Program-made: the position numbers and the translations under genes
The notes under the pieces: generated by a model
Database searches by the model: none
What the model was told of the DNA's origin: nothing
Seen by the model: the letters and a program-made list of their open reading frames with translations, nothing else
Part shown: positions 24,738-38,500 of the stretch, piece after piece
Layout: the number at the start of each line of letters is the position of its first letter
How positions within the stretch are numbered: position 1 is the first letter of the stretch
Assembly (NCBI GenBank): GCA_002633005.1
Contig: NMRA01000246.1
Location: forward strand, 140,793 to 204,792
DNA: 64,000 bases
Source: Phoronis australis
Taxonomy: Eukaryota; Animalia; Phoronida
Direction of reading: 5' to 3'

Positions 24738-26517
24738 TTACTTCCTGTGACTGGAATGACTTGTATTTGAGCGAACAGATTTGGATCTTTGAGCACAGGC
24801 AACACCTGTTGGTGGCTTTGTAGAAGAAGTGCTTCCTTTTGCCTTAGCCAACCAGGCAGCTCTCCTCTGTTTTTCATGCTCTTCGCGTACTTTTCTATTA
24901 TGCTCTTCGACCGTCCTTGCCATTCTGTCAACACGTGTTTGTTCCTGCTCGTATGTGAGCAATTTGAAATCCACGTGAGAGCGCATAGGGTCGTTGTACT
25001 GACTGACACACCCCAGGGCCGGCTCACTGCTGCTCCTGGGGACACTGACAGTTGTCTGAGACTTGTTCTTGAGGTCCTTGATCTTTTTCTCCATGTCAGG
25101 CGGGTACATCAACATGGGAACCATGGATATTTCAGTTGCAGATGTGGAATACCCATGAGATTTCTTCCTCTTTAACTGACTCGCGTTGGAGACGATAGAA
25201 GAAACTGATGTGAAATTGCTTCTAGCAGTGTCCGGACGGTGCACGCAATCAGTAACACTCGCGCTGACAGCACGTCGTTGATCAGGACCACTACCATTAA
25301 ATGAGGCACTCTTTGATGCAGAAGCCGTGTGAGGACGCAAGACCTTTCCCTTTGGGATAGTTGACTTCACATGATCAGGATGAACGCTGTTATTTGGAGA
25401 TTTTTGAAGCTTCGTGACTTTGAACTTTGTAGTATAAGAGACAGGTTCTGACATATTCACCACAGGATGTTGTGACCTGAACTTAGAACTGGCTTTTGTT
25501 GCTTTAGAATCGTTGGAACCCAAGGACAGCATGGACTCGGCTACCTCATATGGGTCTGGATAGCATTTAATCTTATTGACATCTGATCTAGTCACAGGAA
25601 CACGATCGCGCGGATCTAACTTAGATGGTGATGAGGAGGGTCTCTCCAGCTGAATACCAAATTTCTCGATTGTAGTTGCATTCAGATATGTGTTTCTATT
25701 GGTTGGATCTTTAGGCTTCTGTGATTGCTGAATAGCATTTATGGTCATATATACAAAATCAGGTGGAACAGGATCACTATCTCTGATCTGTGATCTCAAC
25801 AGTGATTTTGTTTCGTTAAGGGACAGCTCTTTATTCAGTGGAATATATGGTTGTTCAAACGCCCAAGACACTCTTCGATTGCCTGAATATTCAACTTCTA
25901 CGTCTTCAATGGAGCTCGGTGCAGGCGACGCAACGACTACACTCTTTTTTGGTTTTGAAAACCGTGACTTAGATGAAACCGCTCGACTCGGGGCATGTGG
26001 TGGCTTACTAGACGGACTGAATGAACCCATAGAGGGTGCTCCCAGAGATAACTGAGATTTCCCACTTTGGCTGAAATATTGTGACGCTGGCGGTTCTCTG
26101 GTGGCATAATATGTTTCTGTTTTCTCATCCAGTCGCACGCGCTCCTCAACTCTACCATCACTGCGCCAAATTTTGGTCTTGTCAGGTTTCTGGATTTCTT
26201 TTGCACTTTGAACATTTCTTGTAGACAGACTCTTGGCACTCTGCAGGATATATGCACTCTGCGATCTCCCATGTTTTTTCGTGCTGTTGTTATTGTTATT
26301 CTCATCATGGTCGCTGTGAACTATTTTCTCATTTGTGGCTCCAGCTCGTTTCATCCGCTGTGCTCTGACATAAGCGTATGGCTGTTGACGTACTGGTGCA
26401 TCAGAGTACTTACTGTACTGCACTAAAGAGGGCATCTTGTCATTCTCCAGGGTATAGTCATAGTTCACTGGCTCGAAACTAAGAACCAGTAAGTTCACGT
26501 GCGTGTTCAAAGTAATT
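24738..26517 (-). CDS. FBXW10: FBXW10-like terminal exon, long basic Ser-rich tail
   Basis: 590-aa ORF; acceptor ttattttttcag in phase with the previous exon (RITLNTHVNL). Confidence 0.9.
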
Positions 26518-29500
26518 CTGAAAAAATAAGGTATTACTGAGCAAAAAGAATGATAACATCAAACAATGTAACAGGACTGAGTTCTGTAAATTTAAGACAA
26601 AACCTCCAAACTGACAGCAACTTCAGCTTCATGGAATGTAAACTTGATATAATGCTAACAGCATCTATAATGTTTCTAGTGTTTTTACATTAAAATTTTT
26701 TGTAAATACGTTTCCTGTTACCGTTGTATAAAAGATACCTAACAATACTCAACCTCAATTATACTTAATTCCAGTACTGCGAAAACTACCACGAGAGCTT
26801 CCTGATTACTCTTAATTAGCATCATGTGCCGACATTGTCCATGTCACCACCATTTTATAGTTACAAGAAATTGGATGGAACAGTACAAATACAAACAACG
26901 TCATATTACAAGACTGGCCAAAGTATTAATTATTTTACTGGTGCACAATGGATGCTGGTTACCCCATATTGATATAATGGAGCAATGGAGCCCCAGGGCA
27001 ATAATTATTCACTGAAGTAAATGTGAAGTTCAGAAGACTACCAAGATCACGCGATGTGGTATGCAAAACATGCTGATATCCGGTGGAGTTTTTGTAGGCC
27101 ATCAATAAATTCTAGAACGTCTCGGCATAGTGAATGTGAGCCCAGCAGAATTACCTACCTGTTACCAATGGCGTTGATGGAGAGGATCGGGTCGCTACGG
27201 CTGTTGCCTCTCATAATACGACAGCACTGCCCAGTAACCATGTTCCAGATACGCAAGCGGCCATCTTCTGATCCAGTTATTACTCGTAGGTACATGAATT
27301 CTACACACAGCACAGCTCTGGAAAAGTTGACAAAATGTTTTTGAGAAGCTATATCTAACATTGAGTTGGAAAAAACATCTAACAGTCAGAAATGAATATT
27401 TTACAAGCAATACATCAAACAACACGACTTGTTCAATGGACAAGAAATCTTTGACCATTTTGTGCTATCTAGTGATCAAGTAGCATGCGTTAAGCTTCAC
27501 AAAAACTGTTTCGTGTGAGCATAAATCATGTGCAAGATAATAACAGGTAAGATGGGAATAACACGACCATCACTTGTCATTTTGGGAATAATATATGAGA
27601 TTTATCAGTCTGACAAATGGCACCCGAGTAAGAAGGAATACAAGTATTTAAAAAGTCAGCTACATTTTCAGTTTTGGATGGCTCTGCCAAGTGATATTCA
27701 TTTTGATATTTAACCATAAATATTTCATTCTCAGGAATGTGGTACGATCTCAAGGACTGGTGCACAGCTTCACACAGAAGACATGCTTTGCAGAAATGTA
27801 GAGAAAAAAGTTGCAGATTTTCCACACTCTAAGGCAAAATTGAGAACTAAAGGCTTAAAAAAAGAGATAGCCAAATCCTTAAAACAGATTTGTATTTCAG
27901 TCCAATGAACTGCAAATAGACTAGGTAGTAAAGATGGACAATTAGCAGCCAGTCTTTTGTTAGAATTGACTGGGTCAATTGGACAACTGTGATCTGTCCA
28001 TTACAGAGCAACATCTGATGTTACCAGGCCTTGATAATTTAGTTACATAAACCAAGGACAACAACCATAATGGCCAGTAAAGAGCAGAAGATAATTCCCT
28101 GTAATGTACAGACAGAGTTTTAATGGACTTGAATTAAGTGTTAAGGTTACAGAATCACATACTGTGGAAGTTATAAGAGAGGTTAACTGCAAACACAACC
28201 AATATCAGTAACAGCAAAACAAAGACTGTACTAAGGAAAACAAATGCAAATACAGGACTGAGGTCAAAGGTCAATATAAAAATCCACACATGCAGTCAAC
28301 AAAAATCGCTTTATAAATTGACTTCGTAATAAATAACTTACTTTGGATGTCGAAGGGCACTTAGACAGCGGTTATGTCGCCCCTGGTTGCTCCATGCGAG
28401 AGCGTAGCCATCTTTACCACCACTGACAATATGCCATTTGTCATATCTGATAGCCGTCACAGCGTTGTTGTGTCCTGACAGTTTCTGGAAGATGCAAAGA
28501 AACCCCTCAGGCTGTGATGCTCTTTTGTTGATTGCTTTGCGGTAATTTGATTGGACAGCAACATACGGCCATTTTCACAAAAGTTGAATTATGTTGAAAG
28601 GTTAAGTATCTAGCCTTGTCAAAGGTATGAGTTTATTATTATAATTGACATGAGAAGAAACTTATGTAAAACATTGAAAACCTTGTGATCTAATGATTAC
28701 AAGATGTGTTCCAGCTTCTTGAAAATATACTGGAACTGTGCTATTAAATGAGAATAGTAACGATCCACATGAGAGGAAAAAATCGCTAAAACTGATATAA
28801 AACGGAGAAGCGTAGCAGCAGAAAAGAAAAAGTATGTGGCATTGTTACATCCCCGGCTCACCTTGATCAGCTGTCCATCTAGCATGTTCCACACTTTCAC
28901 TGAGCCCTTCTCACAGCCACTAATACAGAATTCTTCACCGAGTGCTACGGCAGTAACAGCAGACGAGTGTTTGAACGTCCGTACACATTTGGCAGTCTCA
29001 AGATTCCACACTGTAACGAAAAGACAACAAAAAATTACTCATACGTACAGATTTTGAATACAATACAATAACAGACAAAATATCAAAAGCACACCTAACA
29101 AGACCAAATTAGTGGTAAACACCAAACAAGCAAAATGTTATTGCATCACAATATAAAATTATTGAGAAAATTTACAAGTAAATTTTATCAAATTGAACGA
29201 AACAAAATGCATGCGGTTATGATAAAAAGACCAATCTGTGACAAGTAAAAAAGATTTCATGATATCTGTCAAATACAAACAAGTTAGTTTGAACCCAGAA
29301 AGAGTAAGACATAGAGCAAGTGATTCAAGCAGAGAAAAGTAAATAGTTATTAACTAAGGCAAAGTTTTTGTCATCTGTTACGGAGGCTCCACCTGGTGGA
29401 TTGATTGTATTCTTTTGCCCATGACAATGAACTATTTCCAATAACCAACACTGTCTACCTTTACAACAATTATCCTTGGCTCCAGATGCTAGTCTATTCT

Positions 29501-32500
29501 CATGAACAGTCAAACACTGTATAGTGTCTGTATGGCCACGGTAGATCTTCATAGGCTTACCAGTCTCTAGCGACCATTTCCTGGAAATAAGTTGTCATTT
29601 TGAAGCATATTAAAATACTGCCAATCAATGCAGGTCTTTTTGACTCAAGACCTCAACAGCAAACTCAAGTGCCGCTCCTTGTCTAACTAGGGATGAATAT
29701 TGCTTCATTAAAAATTGTTTAAAAATTCAGACCACAAGTTTTCCCATACTTTCAAATGATATCTAATTTTCTTGTAATTGTCTTCAAGATTTTAGATATA
29801 ACTTTATTGACTAAACAAGACGAATTTCAAACAAAATTTGGCAAATCTTTGAAAAGCTATTACAAAAATTGATCAAATATTTTTAAAAACTACTAGTAGT
29901 TAAAACTCAAACACTCTGCCACCCAAGTACCAAATCTTTTTGAATACCAGACACAAATGCTTCCTAGTCTCAAAACTACAGGTTCACAGGGATGTATTTT
30001 TAGGTAAGTTCTCTAAAATTCCAAGAAAACTTTCACAACCTACATGCCATCAGATTTAAGAATTATTCAATTTTCTAGTCTCGATAAACTTTAGTTTGTG
30101 AAATCTTTAATTATAATCATTCAATTTACAAACCTGATGCTTGTATCATAGCTCCCACTAAATACAATGCCTTTGCTTTCACACAAATATATTGATTTGA
30201 TTGATCCTGCATGGCCAGCCATCACTGGGGGGCGCTCTTTGCCAGATTCACTGTCAATGAAACGCACTTTACGATCTTTAGAGCCCATTGCGATGAGTTG
30301 CCCTCCATCTGTGTGTACAACCCTATGAGGGTCATTGCTAAAAACACCAAATGGTACTAATCATAATGAAGTTAATGTAATTACCATAAAATTATTTCCA
30401 AAAACAAAGTTGAAGGTTAAGATAGGGGTATCTTTGTTACCATTTCCACAAATTTAGGAATCCTTCACTTACAACGGCATAGGGCACAGTGACTAAAAAT
30501 TTCCTTATTTCAAAGCCCCATATTGGAATTTCTTTAACTTGTCAGTACTTACCAAAGTAAATGACAATGACCTTCAGATATCTGATAATCTATTAACAGA
30601 AATTCAATGCTGAGTGACTTTCATGACCATTCCAGTGTTTCAAATCAAACAGTTAAGTCCAAAATTGTAATAATGAGACTGAATATGCTTTAGGACATTT
30701 TGACTTATTTTACAATATGACCGAATTTATTGCCATTTCAAAAGTTAGGATAGCACCTACTCGCTATTCAACACCATCACATTATAAGCACCACAGTAGA
30801 CATTGCGTTCCTCCATAATAATCTTGCGTGTCGACACACCGCTGTATGCAGTCTTGAAGCTAACTTCACTTTTAAAGGTGGTATGAATAACATCCTCATC
30901 GATAGTCTTAACATCTAGAGAATTGTGCACCAGATTAGGCACAGGCACGTCGATGTCGTTAGCATAGACTGGATTGGCTCCCTGAGCAGCTGCTCCCTAG
31001 AAAAAACATCACCCTTGAAATATGACAACAGTAATGGGTACCATTATTGAACTTGGTAATATTATACCTACTCTAAATGTTGTTCATTCCATGAGATGGC
31101 TCTGCAGACACTTTAAGTGTTGGGTTCATAATCTTGTTTGAGAAAGGGTTCGAACAACAGACTGATTCAAATATAAGGGTAAAGTGAATAACAATGCATG
31201 TATGTGGCAGTCAGGATTTTCTGCCACTTATGCTGTACATGAAGTCCTGCCCCCAATAGAACAAACAATAGAAGACAGTGCTCTAGATCACTTATAAACT
31301 TGGCAAACAATGTTAGACCGCAGAACCGGGGCCTTCTAGTAAATGTCATATTAAAAACTACAACCAAGATTATTGGTCAGATTCCAGATTTCAAATCTAT
31401 ATAAACCCAACAGTCTTTTGGGATAGACTTCAGAATTCAATGTTGCTCGAATTTGCAACCCAAAACAAGAACACCCAATGGTTCATAAACTGAACTGACT
31501 AAATTTCAAGTAGAACAGACAAGCCCACCCAAGATAATCCAAGATAAAGACCATCTTTATCAGCTAACTCCTACTGCTCATCTTGGGAATGATCACCAAG
31601 AAACCGGAATGATGATAAAATGAATATCCCAGCTGATAATGAATACAACAGACAGTAAGGCAGTGGATTTAAACTTAAGACACACAGACATAGAGTGAGG
31701 ATTACAGGAGATTTAATGCTTCAGGCTCTTTAATTAAATATTTTATGTCTATGTGACAGCATAGACATGGACTGGCTCGACAATCTTTGTAATATTCTAA
31801 CATAAATTTAATGCACACTTCCACAACTGTTTTGAGTATTTTTATGAGATTCACAATTAGTAACAACTTGGATTTGTTCATGATGTTCAATCTTGAACTT
31901 TTTCAGTAATGCAGATATTTCTACACTAAATCATTTTACGAACTTGAGCAGCACTGAACTTAGTACTTCATTGATGGGCAGATTCTGTGAAGATGTAGTC
32001 CACTTATAATTGTTGGATGATGATTATGCTTCATTCAGTTAACATATCACCACATTAATCACCCTGCAGTCCTTGCATGGGGAGTAAACTCAACCATACC
32101 CTTTTAGATCCATAACCATGCCATCATGGTAATTTTTGTCCTAATCACGCCATATGTCTGAACCGAAAAAATGAACAGTAAGACATTAGATATTTTGCTC
32201 AGTAGCATGGTGTCTGTGTGCCATTCAGTGGTCACCAAACATTTAGTGAATAGTTGAATCTTTGCAATTTAGACAGCTGTTAGAAAATGTAGAAATGGTT
32301 ACTACAGAAACTGTTTAAGTGAGGAAGTACTACTACAGCATACCGCAGTCATCCAGGTTAAAGGTACAGGGGGGGGGGGGCACTTAAATTGGGCAATTGA
32401 AAACTCAGGGGTAGAGCACTAAGTTGAGCCTGGGTCTTTAGTAGAAATTTGGGAAGTTGAAAAGGGGCATTTACCCAAACAGTAGCAGGATACAAATTTC

Positions 32501-35500
32501 ATTTGTGTCAGACTGACTTGCGAAGGTCAAATAAAAGTAAGACATAGCAGGAGAGTACGAGTAATTTCAAGCCCTAATAATTAAGGCAAGGCGCCACTGA
32601 AAGTATGACTGCTCACTACTCAGAGGAAAGCAAGCTCTGGAATCAGAAATTTGCAGGTGATTTCAAGGAAGTCTCGATGGCATGAAAATTTAAAGGTAAA
32701 AATATAAAATTTCATGATTAAGTAATTATAAGCAGAACATGAGCACAACCCCAGATGAGTATGTATGTTTGAAAATTTGAACAAACCTGCATTAGCATAA
32801 CCTCTTCCCATAGCTGCTGTTTGAGTATGGACTCTTTGTGAATTTCATTGGCCAGTTGTTTCCAATGTCGCGACACTGATAGACAGTTGTAAAGAGAGAC
32901 CTCATCGAGAAGACCAAGGATGTATTTGGACAAATGAACAGGTAGACATCGTATGAAGTCCTTATATTNACAAATTTAGGAATCCTTCACTTACAACGGC
33001 ATAGGGCACAGTGACTAAAAATTTCCTTATTTCAAAGCCCCATATTGGAATTTCTTTAACTTGTCAGTACTTACCAAAGTAAATGACAATGACCTTCAGA
33101 TATCTGATAATCTATTAACAGAAATTCAATGCTGAGTGACTTTCATGACCATTCCAGTGTTTCAAATCAAACAGTTAAGTCCAAAATTGTAATAATGAGA
33201 CTGAATATGCTTTAGGACATTTTGACTTATTTTACAATATGACCGAATTTATTGCCATTTCAAAAGTTAGGATAGCACCTACTCGCTATTCAACACCATC
33301 ACATTATAAGCACCACAGTAGACATTGCGTTCCTCCATAATAATCTTGCGTGTCGACACACCGCTGTATGCAGTCTTGAAGCTAACTTCACTTTTAAAGG
33401 TGGTATGAATAACATCCTCATCAATGGTCTTAACATCTAGAGAATTGTGCACCAGATTAGGCACAGGCACGTCGATGTCGTTAGCATACACTGGATTGGC
33501 TCCCTGAGCAGCTGCTCCCTAGAAAAAACATCACCCTTGAAATATGACAACAGTTTGGGTACCATTAGTGAGCTTGGTAATATTATAACCTACTCTAGAG
33601 TTGTTCATTCCCTGAGATGGCTCTGCAGACACTTTGAGTGTTGGGTTCATAATCTTGTTTGAGAAAGGGTTCAAACAACAGACTGATTCAAATATAAGGG
33701 TAAAGTGAATAACAATGCATGTATGTGGCAGTCAGGATTTTCTGCCACTTATGCTGTACATGAAGTCCTGCCCCCAATAGAACAAACAATAGAAGACAGT
33801 GATCTAGGTCACTTATAAACTTGACAAACAATGTTAGACCAGCAGAACCGGGGCTTTCTAGTAAATGCCATATTAAAAACTACAACCAAGATTATTGGTC
33901 AGATTCCAGATTTCAAATCTATATAAACCCAACAGTCTTTTGGGATAGACTTCAGAATTCAATATTGCTCAAATTTGCAACCCAAAACAAGAACACCCAA
34001 TGGTTCATAAACTGAACTGACTAAATTTCAAGTAGAACAGACAAGCCCACCCAAGATAATCCAAGATAAAGACCATCTTTATCAGCTAACTCCTACTGCT
34101 CATCTTGGGAATGATCACTAAGAAACAGGAATGATGATAAAATGAATATCCCAGCTGATAATGAATACAACAGTCAGTAAGGCAGTCATGGATTTAAACT
34201 TAAGACACACAGACATAGAGTGAGGATTACAGGGGATTTAATGCTGCAGGCTCTTTAATTAAATATTTTATGTCTATGTGACAGCGTACACATGGACTGG
34301 CTCGATGATCTTTGTCATATTCTAACATAAATTTAATGCAAACTTCCACAACTGTTTTGAGTATTTTTATGTGATTCACAATTAGTAACAACTTGGATTT
34401 GTTCATGATGTTCAATCTTGAACTTTTTCAGTAATGCAGATATTTCTACACTAAATCATTTTACGAACTTGAGCAGCACTGAACTTAGTACTTCATTGAT
34501 GGGCAAATTCTGTGAAGATGTAGTCCACTTATAATTGTTGGATGATGATTATGCTTCATTCAGTTAACATATCACCACATTAATCACCCTGCAGTCCTTG
34601 CATGGGCAGTAAACTCAACCATCCCCTTTTAGATCCAACCATGCTATCATGGTAATTTTTGTCCTAATTACCCCATATGGCTGAACCGAAAAAAATGAAC
34701 AGTGGGAAATTAGATATTTTGCTCAGTAGCATGGTGTCTGTGTGCTGTTCAATGGTCATAAAACATTTAGTGAATAGTTGAATCTTTGCAATTTAGACAG
34801 CAGTTAGAAAATGGAGAAATGGTTATTACAAATACTGTTTAAGTGAGGAAGTAATACTACAGCACATTACAGCAGTCATCCAGGTTCAAGAGACAGGGGG
34901 GGCACTTAAATTGGGCAATTGAAAACTCAGGGGTAGAGCACTAAGTTCAGCCTGGGTCTTTAGAAATTTGGGAAGTTGAAAGGGGGCATTTACCCAAATA
35001 GTAGCAGGATACAAATTTCATTTGTGTCAGACTGACTTGCGAAGGTCAAATAAAAGTAAGACATAGCAGGAGAGTACGAGTAATTTCAAGCCCTAATAAG
35101 GCAAGGCGCCACTGAAAGTTTGACTGCTCACTACTCAGAGGAAAGCAAGCTCTGGAACCTGAAATTTTCAGGTCATTTCAAGGAAGTCTCGATGGCATGA
35201 AAATTTAAAGGTAAAAATATAAAATTTTATGATTAAGTAATTATAAGAAGAACACGAGTGCAACCCCAGATGAGTAGGTATGTTTGAAAATTTTAACAAA
35301 CCTGCATTAGCATAACCTCTTCCCATAGCTGCTGTTTGAGTATGGACTCTTTGTGAATTTCATTGGCCAGTTGTTTCCAATGTCGCGACACTGATAAACA
35401 GTTGTAAAGAGAGACCTCATCGAGGAGACCAAGGATGTATTTGGACAAATGAACAGGTAGACATCGTATGAAGTCCTTATATTTTGCCACACCTGCATGA

Positions 35501-38500
35501 CCTTTTATGGAGGTAGGAATAACGAGACAGCTCGGATCCAGTAAACTTATTTCAGTGTCTATAGACTCGTCACCACTGTCATCATTGATGATTTCTAGTT
35601 CAGCATCACTGTCATAGGTGGCAGCACTGAAGGGCGACTTGCAGAGTGGTGTGTATTCTGACTTTGTTTGTGCGATGAACGCGATGTCAGCATTGTTATC
35701 GGTGTGAAAACTTTCACAACTTGATGTCAGGGAAGCTCTCTCATAATCATCTGAAAAAACAAAATGTTGACATTGAAGCTTTTCTTGGAGACACCCTCTA
35801 ATAAAGTGTTTCTATTTTTCTATTTGAAAATGAATGAACTTTTTAGCCCTGCAACTGCAAACATAAATGAAATCATATATTAGAAAACTGTAACAGCGTT
35901 TTTGTGATTTCATCTTGAAAATTTATAACCAATAAGATTTGGTCATGTAACTGATACACTGTTGTTCTGCTATGACTTAGCCCTTCTTATTTGATAAATT
36001 TTGATTTTGACACAATTAATAGCAGGTTGGTAAAACGTCAAAGATCAAACTCTACAGGCTTTATACTTTCAGAAAACATTTACTTTTACTAAGAAAATTA
36101 ATAATTTTGTATACATAAGGTTTAATACACATACTTGTGGATAAGGTCACATGACTTCAAAGAAAAAGTACACTTTCTTGAATATAAAGCCTTCTTCTCT
36201 TTGAATAACACTTGAACATTGCCTTATTCTAGACCAGATGTTCATTTTGGCTTTAAGGATTTGAGTGATTGGTAACTTGTATTTTCAACATACTGGTGTT
36301 TTGTACCGGATAACATTTTGAGACAAAACCAAATGTTTGGATGAGTGTATTATTTCTGATGCAAATACATTGATTAGTGTCAAGGCGCTTGTTGTTGTTT
36401 TTTGGTTATCACTGACAGAATTATCAAAATCCAATATGTAATCCACCTCAACTGTTCATAGACCTAGAATCATGCTTAAAGGCTTTTGTTTTTTACCATT
36501 CATTACCCTATTTTTAGCATTCAAACCCCTCTTTTGAACTAAAACAAAAAGCCTATGCACCATAAAAGAAACATTAAATAACACAAGTCTGAATTATTTT
36601 CATGCAATTCAATATAGTACGAAAGAATAAACTGTTTAAACTGTTGTGTAAAACATTCCAAAGAGTTATTTTGCCAAAGAGAAATTGATGTATACATAAC
36701 TGTATACTGAATAGTCCTTACTAAGTACAGTTGAAGTGTTGTTATTCACTACCACAATGATACTACACAAAAGACAGTGCAGATTTATTTGATATTTTCT
36801 TCCAATAAATGAAGAGATCAATATCATACTTTTAAGTTCTAGTTTAAAAATGTCTTTTTATCGAGCTTAGGTCAATTTCAAAGGCTTTATTAAGTTACTT
36901 TAAAAGCCTTTTATCCCAAGATAAACTGATGGGGCATGTTTCTATAATCACCCAATTGTGACTAGTCAAATAAAAACTTTAGATATCAAATTTACTTCGA
37001 AAATGCAAGATGGCTCTTCAGAAAGAATGAATTATGTCTATGAGTGAGTAATTTGGTCAAATGTTACTACCTCTGTGTAATATTGGTAACATGAAACCCT
37101 ACATTGGGTCTTAAATCTTACATAATATGCTCACTTAAACAGGGCTGGTTGACCCACAAACACAATCCAAAGCTCTCTGAAATTATGTTTAAGGGTGAAC
37201 TGTATGCATTAGCCACCAAGGCTTATCGAAAACTGTTTAGCCTTAAACCAAATATGAGGCACAAAATGAAATATGTATTTGCACATTTGACAATATTTCA
37301 TTATGATAGCAGATGTGAGTCAATATACTCTAGCTGCGACCTGTTTGCACTGAGATAAAAAGTGGCCAATTTGTTCCTAGGGATTTGTGAAGGAGTAAAG
37401 CAAAGGAAAACAAATGTGAGCCCAACCTAAGAATTCTTGCCTTTTCATTTTCACAACCTTGCAATTGTACATTAGAACTGTCTCGACCTTTCTGTAAATT
37501 ACAGTTTAACATCACAGCAAACTTCAAATAAATGGGTGAACATTTGAAAGAAGTTAATGCCAACATGCTGATGATGGCTGCAACCCCAAACTGTAAGTGC
37601 CTAATGACAACCAATAATTCACATTCTGCCTAATTAAGAAGCAAATACTGTAAACCTTACTCCTTCAAATGTTTATAATGTAAATTTAACATACTGTGCT
37701 TTGAACTGCAAAGCACATTAGTGAAAGTATTTATTGTACAAATGTTGCATGTAATAATACAGTGAGTACAGTAGTTCTAACAAAACGTGACACAATGAAA
37801 GGCATACCTAGACATTTCTACTGTGACCACCTTACAACAAGACATAACCAGAGTGCAATGTTCAAGGTGCATACATAAATCCATTTATCTCAGTGCTACA
37901 TTCATTCACATCTTGTGAAAATTTAAGACAAGCAATTTTCTTACGAGAGATCTTGACAGAGTTGCATTAAGGCCCTTAAATCTCGATGACGGAAGGTAGT
38001 GTGATCACACGCTTTGCTTGTAATGCGATATCTTGTGAAGTCTTAAGTAATCTTGCATTTTCGCAAGGTTCTTGTATCTACAGAACACACGCCTGATCTA
38101 GCATGCATAAAAATCCAGTTTCACTCCGCTGAGCAGGAAAGGTTGTACATCGAAGCACCTACATTAATTGTGTTATCAAGTGCTGGACAATTCAGTCTCC
38201 AGTTAGTGACCAGATAACATCATCACATTATCTGAACATTTGTTGTGGTCACCATCATGGCAGACTGATGGCAAAAATCCCTTCAAACTTGAGAGTTATA
38301 CTGGGGAATAGCTTGCCATTATACAGTTAGTATTCATTACAGTTGGTCTTCATCCATTTCAAGATTTAATAAAACCTTTTTGATAATACAGTGCTAAATG
38401 ACAAAACATTGTTCAATACTTTATGCTTGTTATTTTTTATTTATTCTTGTTAAAGTATACCTGGTTATTGTTTATAATGAGTAGTTTGTATTTAATTTAT

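Larger units (their letters stand above)
30448..35483. repeat. Tandem duplication of about 2.5 kb (30448-32968 and 32970-35483) around a single N at 32969; probable haplotype assembly artefact
   Basis: Sequence after the N restarts exactly at the 30448 sequence. The copies differ by scattered SNPs and small indels. The F-box exon of the left copy (32787-32968) is cut at the N. Confidence 0.9.

Noticed and set aside
32787-32968. Second F-box exon as a mutually exclusive exon
   Set aside because: Truncated at the N with no acceptor and the same peptide; better explained by assembly.
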